Below are positions 1-22,566 of a stretch of 64,000 bases of DNA, piece after piece. The notes beneath the pieces were generated by a model. It saw nothing but the letters and a program-made list of their open reading frames with translations, was not told the DNA's origin and ran no database searches. The stretch's first letter is position 1; every line of letters starts with the position of its first letter. Source of the stretch: Lytechinus pictus (taxonomy: Eukaryota); the NCBI RefSeq assembly GCF_037042905.1, contig NC_087245.1, forward strand, positions 13,332,001 through 13,396,000, given 5' to 3'. Made by a program: the position numbers and the translations under genes.

Positions 1-11751
<11,751 letters not shown>

Positions 11752-13019
11752 CTTCAATGACAGTACTTATTGAAAGAAATATAAGAAAAGAGATTGGAAT
11801 TCTGTCAAGATCTATATCATAAACGTGTTCTAAGGTCATGGATCCAAACATCTCATTGCATGTGTAATGTTGTCAAAGTAGAACATTGTGACTAAAGTGG
11901 TGACAGAGGCCGAGGGTGCTTACCAAACCATATGCCATCAAGGCACTAAGGGAGAGAATGCAGACTTTGAAGCTGAGAGAATTAAAGATCTAAATATCAA
12001 TTTATGATATTGGTTATGGCAAGGTCAGAGCCAGAGCCCAGAGGCAAGTGGAGCCAATTAACTAAACATATGTAGTTCAGAACAACTAACAAAGAATAGC
12101 TAAGACTGAAGCTTTTGGTAATGTTACAGTATGATTTTTTTTTTAAGTTGTACAACGCTATCACTTTAGATAGAATTCTAATTGGCCATATTGGTGATGG
12201 AAGTTATGGACAACCTTTCCATTCACTCCAATGTACAAAATGAATAAAATGTTACAACTTTCTTCATTCATGAGGAAATGAAACAGTATGCTATTCTTGA
12301 TATAGATATCTTTTGATTTCAAGATCTGTCCCAGGGGATTAGGTACTTATTTTGAGAAAACCACCAATTAATGATATCATTGACCCTTCCACTTGTACTA
12401 ATATTCTACTTCTTTGTCAGCGTCATTTCCAATTCCATTACATTTGATCCTTGTCTGATTTCTTTAATTCAAAGTCAAACTTTTACAAAGTCGCCCAAAA
12501 TAAAGTTCGAGATTTTTGTTGCGCTTGAAAAAGTTCATCCTAAGCATTATTTTAAATTATATACATCCTTGACCTTGTATAACTTGATCAACATTGACAA
12601 TAACCCACTTAGTCTAGACTTAGGTTAAGTCTTAAATATTTCTGGATTGAATGCAGAAATTCCACGAGAAGAGTTTCAACAATTGGTTTTTTTCACTCAA
12701 GGCAAACATGAGCCATGATGAGATCAGGCAGTCCAGAAAAATGATGTCAAAGTGGTGCCTAGTAATATAATAGTATGGCTATTAGTATGAAGAATTAATT
12801 TTTCTAGTTTCAGATAAGAAAGATCATGAAGATTCCTAAATTTCTCTATCTAATTTGTGCTTTCTGAACAAATCAACAGTCTGAATTGTAGACAGGCGAT
12901 TTGCCAAAATTTTAAAATAGAAAAATACTATTTTTGCTATGTATTACAAAGTAACATTTCCTGGCGAATTATTTTTGGCTTTTGGATGGCTGTTCACATC
13001 AACTATTACCGATGATTGA

Positions 13020-13830
13020 TAGATTCGCGGTTGAATTTGGCCGCAGGGTTGCGCGCATCTGTCAGCGGATCACAAACTATTAATCACCGGGCTAGCGCCG
13101 GGCACGATCACGACGAATGGCTGTACCCAGGTACCCGTTCCGCGTTGCGTTGCGTAGTTCCTTCTTCGCTGGTCGAATTCTCTTCACTTAGCTTCAGCTG
13201 TCGGTCAACAAGACATGGCAGGAAAGGATATAGGCCTGGGTAATTTTAATGGTATTGAAAAGTACTCATCTGACCTTCCTTTTACCACAATTATGTAGTT
13301 ACAGCCTAGTGATGATCCCATTTTGATGCGAACATTTTGGAGACATGGACAGCGCCATTTTGGAATTCACGCCCTCTGCAGTTAAATGTCGAATAATGTT
13401 TTTGGGGAATTCGATCTCAAGAAGACGTTTATATTCTTTGAAAATTACCATTTTACAATCATCATCTACCATTTTGATGAATTCTAGGTAAGGAATGTCT
13501 TTTGAACTTCTTATGATTTACTCCGGAGTGGTACTTTTTGTATGGTTGCTTATAAATGAACTTCGAAATTGACCCATCCCTGCTCATGCTCTGCCCCTGG
13601 CTGATTTTGAAAAGCCCATGCCTTGGCCTTGCTTAGTCGAGGCGCGGTGAACTCTAGGCTCCGGCGGCCGGCCGACAAGCCTGTGTGCGCTGCGCTTGCT
13701 TACCTGAGCTTGGTCGGTCGAGTGAATTTCAAACCAGTGTGTGTGTAATTGAGTTTTGTCAGACGTACCGGTACGGTACTTGTAAGTTGTATAGTGAGTG
13801 ATTGTATTACCGAACGCGCGCATCATACTC
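13020..13830. promoter_or_regulatory. CpG-rich putative (bidirectional) promoter and 5' UTR exon region
   Basis: CpG enrichment against an AT-rich background; YY1-type CGCCATTTTG at 13353-13362; consensus minus-strand donor CAG|GTAAGC at 13704/13703; plus-strand donor TAG|GTAAGG at 13487/13488; lies between two divergent genes. Confidence 0.5.
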
Positions 13831-13845
13831 ATAGTTATAGTATTA

Positions 13846-14380
13846 TATGGTTGGGGGTCCTAAAGCTACGCGGGTCCTAAAGCTACGCACCACTCATCGC
13901 GCATGCAATTCCAATGGCAAAATAAATGCGCACTCTAGCTCTGTGTGTGAAGCTGTGACGAACGATCCCTATTCAATTTTTCTACAGAGGCTGCAATAAA
14001 TCCTTGAATGCAGAGAAAACCAGCAAATGTTTGGAATTTCGGAGTTATATTCACTTTGATTTCATATTTTCCTATAATAATACGGACATATTTTAGAAAT
14101 TGAGGCACAGGAAATACTATTTCTTTGCATGATAAATTGAGTGCGTAGCTTTAGGACCCCTTCTACATCGGGCGGCGAAATTAAGAGGTGTTCGGAAAAC
14201 ACGGCGGGATTTTCGTATTAGTGAGTTTTGTGATATTTTCTTCTTGGTTAAGGATATTTAGAATATTTATTACAAATTAGTGAAAAATAATTGTTCAAAT
14301 ATTACAATTGGCATAGTTTTTGTCTCACCTGCATAGCAGAGTGAGACTATAGGCGCCGCTTTTCCGACGGCGGCGGCGAC

Positions 14381-14411
<31 letters not shown>

Positions 14412-15354
14412 GCGGCGGCGGCGTCAACACCAAATCTTAACCTGAGGTTAAGTTTTTGAAATGACAGCATAACTTAGAAAGTATATAGACCTAGTTCATG
14501 AAACTTGGCCATAAGGTTAATCAAGTATTACTGAACATCCTGCCTGGGTTTCATGTCACATGACCAAGGTCAAAGGTCATTTAGGGTCAATGAACTTAGA
14601 CCATGTTGGGGGAATCAACATCAAAATCTTAACCTAAGGTTAAGTTTTTGAAATGTCATCATAACTTAGAAAATATATGGACCTAGTTCATGAAACTTAT
14701 ACATAAGGTTACTCAAGTATCACTGAACATCCTGCATGAGTTTCACGTCACATGACCAAGGTCAAAGGTCATTTAGGGTCAATGAACTTTGGCCGAATTG
14801 GGGGTATCTGTTGAATTACCATCATAACTTTGAAAGTTTATGGATCTGATTCATGAAACTTGGACATAATAGTAATCAAGTATTACTGAACATCCTGTGC
14901 AAGTTTCAGGTCACATGATCAAGGTCAAAGGTCATTTAGGGTCAATGAACTTTGGCCAAATTGGGGTATTTATTGAATTACAGCCATAAATTTGAAAGTG
15001 TGTTGGTCTAGTTCATAAAACTTGGACATAATAGTAATCAAGTATCACTGAACATCCTGTGCGAGTTTCAGGTCACATGATCAAGGTCAAAGGTCATGTA
15101 AGGTCAAAGAACTTTGGCCACGTTGGGGGTATTTGTTGAATTGCCATCATATCTCTATAAGTGTATTGGTCTAGTTCATAAAACGTGGAAATAAGAGTAA
15201 CCAAGTATCACTGAACATCTTGTGCGAGTTATAGTAGTTTTCAAAATCAGCACTGCTGCTATATTGAATCGCGTGATGCAGGTGAGACGGCCAGAGGCAT
15301 TCCACTTGTTATCATTTGGAAACAAAGTGCGTAGCTTTAGGTCCCCCCATCATA
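13846..15354 (-). mobile_element. MITE copy 2 (inverted relative to 10613-11109), interrupted by a Helentron-like element
   Basis: 13846-14321 and 15311-15354 together are the reverse complement of copy 1. Confidence 0.8.
14317..15310 (+). mobile_element. Non-autonomous Helentron/DINE-1-like element (HINE)
   Basis: Sub-terminal inverted repeats gtctcacctgca / tgcaggtgagac; 5' partial IR (gtgagac); (GGC/GAC)n microsatellite at ~14366-14423; five ~160-190-bp tandem units; ends cttgtt; inserted in a T-run without a TSD. Confidence 0.8.
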
Positions 15355-16715
15355 CGCATCAGAAAATAATTTTGTACGCTCAAAATTTTGCAACATCCTT
15401 CCAAAGAGAACTTGAATAGTTTTTTTTCAAAGTCTTGATATTTAAAAATAATAAAATATGGTAAAAATAGCTCATCAGTGATTTTGTTCTTTTCTCAACT
15501 TTTCCCATAGAAAACACACGTTCGGTAATACGATACCTTTTTCAATAGACCAAAAGCTTCAGTCTCTGTATTTTGGTTGTTCCGCTGAACTACGTTGGCT
15601 CCACTCACCATACATAGACTGAAGGGGATGGGGCCCCGTACCTACAGCCAACGTATAGTGAACTAGCGTTTTATAGATCGCGATTTAAAACTGTTTTTTA
15701 AGCAAAATTGAAAGTTTCATGGTTTCCATTATCAGGGATATATAAATAACTTAAGTAATTGCATACCTTGGGCCGGAGTTATTGAAAAAAATCCTCTGGA
15801 TGATTGAGAAATCTGTCATCTAAGACATTTTCACCTGACCTGACGGTTTTTCTTGCAAGTTGCCATCTTGAATGACGTCATTATCGTTATTAACTTAATG
15901 TCTCGAATCGATATATCGCGATTATAACTAGTACTAGTACTAGTATAACTAGTATCGTTTATCTTTGGTTTCGTTCGCATATGGAGCAGATCGTATAATA
16001 TCGAAAGCAATATCGATATCACATTCGTGATTGTTGACGTTCGTTTGTAAATATTTTATAGTTTGGCTGCCATTTTGACCATTTTTATCGTGTTCAACCC
16101 AATTAAACATCGGTAAAGTATATTTTTCATGCCTTTTTCATCTATATCGTTTAAAGTATTTAAATATTGGAATATCAAGTTTTAAAAGTTTGTTGTTTAT
16201 ACATCCTTAGATTGTAAATTCGATGTGTAAAATTACATCAAACTTTGGACTGTGAATTGACAAAAGGGAGGGAATGAGAACACATGCGAGCCCACACGTA
16301 CACCCTACCGTCGGTAAATGGGGATTACAGTAAAATGTCAGAAATTGTTGAATAAATCCCCAGAAACGACGGTTATTCCTGTCTACTTTTTCAAGTGACC
16401 AAAATATTTCACATGCGAAGAGGGGTCCGATTGGAAGCTAACATCGTAAAAAGGGAAAACGATTTCGGCAAAATTTTTACATATTTATATTTTGTAGGTA
16501 ATTGTGTATTTATGGTGAAAGTTTGGTGAATTTTATGAGAATAATGTGTTTGATATATATGATTGAATTCATGAAAAGTGTTCGGTAATACGATCCACTA
16601 CCATACATGTAAAATCAAATATGATTAGGTGAGAGTTTCATATGCACCCCCACTAAAATTGAAAATAAAAACATGGAGGTTCAGAATAATATATCTAGCC
16701 CTAATATAGAACATA

Positions 16716-17274
16716 CAGGCGCGGATCCAGGAGGAGGCCGAGCCGGCCCCCCCTATTTTTTGACAACCTGCAGAAAAAGTGTACTCTTTAACTTGATAGA
16801 AACTACGAAAAACAGAAAGAAAAGTAGGAAAGAGGTATTATACCCATGATGTGTAATTTACAGCCTCGTAACGGCCGGCCCGACCCCGAAAGGAAACAAG
16901 AAAAAGGTGAGGGGAAGAATTGGAAAATAGACTTTATATACAAATTTTCGCTCACGCTTCGCGCTCGCATTGCCTGTGTAATGAATCCCATTCAAGATGA
17001 TTAAATGACACTTAATATATCCAGTTCTGAAATCAATTTGCACACAATATTTTAGCTCGCACATCGCGCTCGCATTATATATTAAGACCACATGAGATAC
17101 CTTATCTTGTTTATAACAATAAAAACTAACATATACTTAAAACTTTAGTCTATTGTTAGGACTACCCCCTGAAAAACCAACAAAAAAATCAGATTATAGC
17201 AGCCAATGGGAAAAATGTTGATGAAAATATATTTTTCGGCCCCCCCCTATTGGCGAAAGCTGGATCCGCCCCTG
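16716..17274. mobile_element. 559-bp MITE with CAGG termini
   Basis: TIRs caggcgcggatccag / ctggatccgcccctg; flanked by a direct ACATA repeat (16711-16715, 17275-17279). Confidence 0.8.
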
Positions 17275-17462
17275 ACATATATGATGGGGGAGTGGAAATT
17301 TGTTTATACATACCAAAATATGGCTTTATTCCGTCAAATTTTGAGCAGGATCTAGTGCGTGTAATTGTCCATAGACATCGGTTTATTTAGTCAGTAAAGG
17401 GTCTGTGAGTCAAGACTAGTCGAACTATCGGCTGATAATCATTAAAATACCCCTTCCGGTAT

Positions 17463-17537
17463 CAGCGCTTCTCGCTAGCATAGCGGGAAAGGTCTTGACT
17501 GCAGATAAATAGAGGTGAGTTCGAGTCCGGACTAAGG
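17463..17537 (+). mobile_element. Degenerate tRNA-like SINE head
   Basis: A-box-like TAGCATAGCGG and B-box-like GAGTTCGAGTCC at tRNA-like spacing; no proper cloverleaf. Confidence 0.4.
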
Positions 17538-19554
17538 TAAGCAACAGTAAAAAAATGATAGAAAAATCTGAAGTGAACGAACCGGAAGTACATGTATCAT
17601 CAATCTTTAGCTATTTTTGGTGGGGGGTGCATATAGAACTCTTTCCTATGATTATTCAAGTCTTATATACCATCACCATCTGAAAGCAGCCGTCTGTTTT
17701 GAGGAGATTTTTAAACATTTTATATTTTATTAATTTGATTTTTTTTTCCTCGTACACAGTCACAGACGACTCGCGATCGTGCAGCCGCCATTAGAATCAG
17801 GGGGTTAACAATGCAAAATCCCTCCAACAGGGCTCATTGAATTTTTTCTTTATTTCATAAAAATATATAAAAAGAACTGGACCAAAATAAAGATTATTAT
17901 CACCCGTATCAGACATCTGAGCTGGTCATTTACAAAACCGTATTTCCCTGTATTTTATTATTATCAGGAAGGGATAGGTATATTGTTTGTATTTTCCTCG
18001 GTCTCAATGCGCGTATTGACTTTGCATGCAGAGACGACGCAAAATATACCTTTGTATTTTCCCTGGTCTCACATCCGGGCCTTTGAGGATGCGAATGAAG
18101 TGATACGCTTCATAATGTTCCGCGCACCAACGATCTACGTCATAATAAAGACAACGCTGGATCTGGGCGCTTGCAAGTACGTCATAATGGTAAAGTGCAG
18201 AGCCTAGACACTGATATTATCATGACACAACAGAACTCTATTCTTAAAAGATATCACTGTTATCGTGATTTTTGCTCTAGATATCTGATTTGGATGATAA
18301 TAAAAATATTGACTGCCCTTCTTTCGGGGAACATCAAATATATTGCCCTCGTCTAAAGACTCGGGCCAATATGATTCTTTTGCTGGCAATATATTTGATG
18401 TTCCCCTCAAGACCAGTCAATATTATATAATTATTCCGTTTTGACCTGAAATGCACCAAAACGGGTAACCCAGGACTCGTCCGTGTAATGTGAGGCAGAC
18501 ATATGCTCTCCAAAATGGGGTCACAATGACTCAAGGGTTCATTACATGCCGCCGCGCACAGAAAAATCAAGCAATAGAAGTCGTGTGTTGTGGACATCAG
18601 AAGTGAGACCCACTAGTTAGAAATCTACAGCCAAACGCGGTTCATGGTGCGAGGTTAGTGATCTAATACTAACCTCGCACCTCGCAATACGTGTGAGTGG
18701 GTTGCAATAGCACTCAAAATAAAAGGGGAAAATATAAATTATGCACTTACCTCAATTATATGGATGAAGGTCTATCGTGAGACACAGAATCCTGACATCG
18801 AGGCACAAACTGGACCCTCAAAAAAAGGAAAAGTTCTGTCTCGTTCTTTCTCCTGTCAAAATTGAAAACAAAATGGCCGATCGATACCGAGAACGAACGT
18901 TACAGAGGTCTAACTTTTCCTGTTTGGATCATTTTTGTACATAGACCTCTAAATCTAAATGTCACACTTTTGTTTAAATTAAGAAATTACATCCAATTTG
19001 ACAAAAAATATTCAAAATGAGTAAACAACGTACCTTAGACTGAGGTTAGCGCAAAAAAGGCCTTTCAAATGATGATCAAAACATAGTCATCCTCGGTCCT
19101 TTCGGTAGTATGGTAAAGTCCCCTATTAAACTAGTCTGCACACATGGGTATAGATCTGCACGATTCTAGTAAAAGAAGATACGCAACGACCACAAACTTT
19201 ACACATGCAACAAATAGAAAGATATTCTCGAAAAAATCTGACTCAAAATGGTGCAAAAATAATGAATTTTGGGCATTTTCATGTGACGACCTCAAAGTGC
19301 AACCTTTTTCATCAAAATCCCTCAATTGTATGTGAAGTGAATGGGTGCGCAGACATGGGGCACCATTATTTTTGTTCAATCTGAAAATAACTGGCTGAGG
19401 TTTTTTCCAAGAAGTCCAAAAAAATAATGTGTATTTCTTTCAAATTTTTATGAGATTTTTGGCACATTTATTCATTAGAATATAAAGAACATAATCAACT
19501 GAAATTTTTCGTGACATAAAAAAATGTCATGTTAAATCTCAAGTTAAATAATTA

Positions 19555-20615
19555 CCGTAAGTAACGGTGTATTAACCGCACCTTTTTCTCAACGGGATAT
19601 AAGCAAAAGTGGGGGGTGCGGTTTATCCACGGTGACGGGTCTGAGCCCGCCCGCGTAACCCCTCCCGAACATGTAAGAAGTCTGCCAGTTCACAACACAT
19701 CGAGTGGCCGGGCGTAGCCGCCCAGGGCAATGTCGTTTAGAGGGGTATGAGCCGCGGATAATGGGAAGCGATTATTACGATCTTAATCAAATAGTGTCCA
19801 TAACAAATGCACCCACCTTCATGACACTAATTTCGACTTTATTCTCGATTCAAAGCAGCGAAGTTCCCTGGCTAAGTTCAAAGAGACGCCAAGCATTCTC
19901 GGTAATAATTTGTCACAGCTGAGCAAGAGCGGAGAGCTAGCTTGCGTTGTATTGTGGTTTTAGTGCGACTTAAGCTGGCGCTATTCATTTTAACCCCTCA
20001 AAGTCCCGTTTCGCGCCAGCTTATTTTTTTCTTTCCTGTTTGCTTTTCATAAGATACGATGTACACCGTGCACCACGTATGAGAGAGACGGCACGAAGCC
20101 GTAAAACAAGTGGAAAAAATGCCAATTTCTTTGTTTCTTGAACCTTCCTGTAATCCCGTATCCAAAATTCATGCTAAGCCATCGAATGCTAGACAAATTC
20201 TGGAAGTGATTGTGAGGTTGTGATGCAAGAAATGTGAAAGACACAGTTCACAATTTGATAAGATGTACTGGTAGTGGTACCGTATCGAAGTTTGCAATGT
20301 ACATGTACAAGAACGGCAGTGCTGTGTGTGTGTGTACACTGTGACTGTGAGGTGAGTGAGTGTGTAAGTGGCCAATATTGTTGGGACCTTTCTTTCTTGC
20401 TAACATTTGTAGATGAATTGATCAAGAACAGCAGATTTCCGCATACCGGTAATCTCTTTGAATACTTTGAAATCTTTAACTTAGTTTTTGTTTCTTCGTA
20501 CCTCAAATATGCATGTAAATGTGAGAAGGATTTTTTTTTTTTTTTTTTTTTGTTTTTGTCCAAAGTTGGGGGTGCGGTTAATACACGGGTGCAGTTAATA
20601 CACCGTTACTTACGG
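19555..20615. mobile_element. 1061-bp Tc1/mariner (pogo/Tc2-type) MITE
   Basis: TIRs ccgtaagtaacggtgtattaaccgcacc / ggtgcagttaatacaccgttacttacgg; TA on both sides; repeated subterminal ggtgcggttaatacac motif. Confidence 0.88.
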
Positions 20616-22236
20616 TAGGTGCGCAGACATGGGGGCCCCCCTTCATACCGTAAATTGGCATCTTGAATGACGTCATCATCCTTAATAGACGTCTGAACTT
20701 GTCGCTCGCATTGAGCCAGGATATCGAAAATTATCATTTGAAAGCCTTGATAAAAAAAGTATAAACACCAAACTCGGCTGCCAGTTTTTTTAATCTCCGA
20801 TGATTAATTTAAAAAAAAAACAAGAAACAAAACATTGGTATACATTGTATAAACTAGAAAAAAAAATTCCACCGAATTGGTGGAAGGTATTACCTATGGG
20901 GGCTCGTACTAACAGGTTACCGACAGTGAATAGTGATGACAATAAAATTTCAGCTATTGTTGAATAAATCCCCATAAATTATTGTTATTCCTGTCCAATG
21001 TTTGAGCAGTCTTGCAGAGCTGATGCTCAAGCCTTGGACCAAGGCTCGAACTTAAGCTCTGCAAGACTGCATCAATTTGTAACTTCCCACATACATGTAG
21101 CAAGTTCGACTTAAATTAAATGGTGGTTGCCGTTGTGATATATTTAGGCATTCATTCAGAGAATATTTATCCCATTTGGCCACATTTTAATTATAATTCT
21201 TACTCTGTATAAAAACATCATTTTATTGGCCATTATATTGATTTTTTTTTTTTTTTTGTACAATTTTATTTGTAACTCTTGTCAGTGGGTTTTTCCTTTC
21301 TTTCATAGTCAGGGAGTGTAATCTCTAAATTCACTGGACCTAGACCCTACAACAACCGCATGCACCTTCCCAGGGGGATACCTACTCTGTATGACGTGTG
21401 CCAAACCAAAGTAAAAAAAATATGGGGCTCTGAAACAGTGGAACTAGACATTGGTCTTAAAATGGGGTGTCTCTGGAACTACTCTTGGATCAACAATTGC
21501 AGAAAATGCTAGCTAGATGTGAGCTAAGGATCGGAGCATGGGTCAAGTGAACCAGTCCGGCGCCGATCAAGCTCGCTGCTCCGACTAGCTGAGTAGTTCA
21601 CGATGGGCGTGCATGGGAACGAGGAACCACAAATTTTAGAGTCTCCAGAACGATAATAATAAGAATTTCTACATGGCTTTCTAACGTTAAATTGGTGATA
21701 CTCTGGATCAGAAATTTATGTTGGAAATGGGGGTCTCAACCGCGGCACAAACATGTATAAAAATGTTATCAAACATTTGCACACTGAAGTGTTAGATCTT
21801 TGAACTAAACTTATTTATATGATAGTGATTTGTATTGTATAGTTTGCCAACTAGGCCCTCACATATATATACATGTATGAAATCCTGGATCATTTGCTGA
21901 TATACGCTCATCACATATGTGTCATAAGAATAATAAAAAGGAAAACAAAATAAGGGAAGAAGAGATAGACATCTAAGGGTAAATTGAACAGCAAATAAAA
22001 GATGAAAGGAGCAGAAGAAAAAGGATAGATGGATTAAATAGTAAAAAAAATGAAATAAAAAATCTGGAGAAAAAAAAAAAGAGGTAGCAATTGATAATGA
22101 AATTAGATACAAGAATTAGTATGACTAAAATATGACATCAAATAGTGGCAAAAAAGTCAAAATTTTGTGAATGCTTTAAAAGGGGGGAGAAATGTTGATT
22201 ATTTTCTTTTGATATTTTTATTTAGTGTGAAGCAAG

Positions 22237-22566
22237 ATGAATACTCCTCCAGAAGTGATGAATATGGGATCACCAGAGGAGTACCATGATCCAGGCCTTC
22301 CAGGGCATCACTTTGACCTCTCAGTTCAACCACAGGCATGGAAGGATGGGAGTCAGTCTACAACAGTCCTGCAACCAAATGGAGGTTATGATGACAAGCT
22401 TGATGTGAAAGAAGAAGAAGAGCAAGAGACGAGGGAGAGGGGGCATGAAGAATATGAAAAGGTGAATGAGGAAGATGAGGAATTCAGCTCGGCACCATCA
22501 TCAGGATCATCTGGAGATGAGGCTGATGATGATGAAGACAATGAGGATGATCAATTAGATAGAGAG
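22237..22566 (+). CDS. ZNF coding exon 1 (acidic)
   Basis: Acceptor tttag| at 22225/22226, ATG at 22237, donor GAG|gtagga. Confidence 0.8.

Noticed and set aside
14270..14470. Poly-alanine ORF
   Set aside because: Translation of the (GGC)n microsatellite inside the Helentron-like element.
14424..15240. CRISPR-like array
   Set aside because: Contiguous 160-190-bp tandem units with no unique spacers, in a eukaryotic genome with no cas genes.
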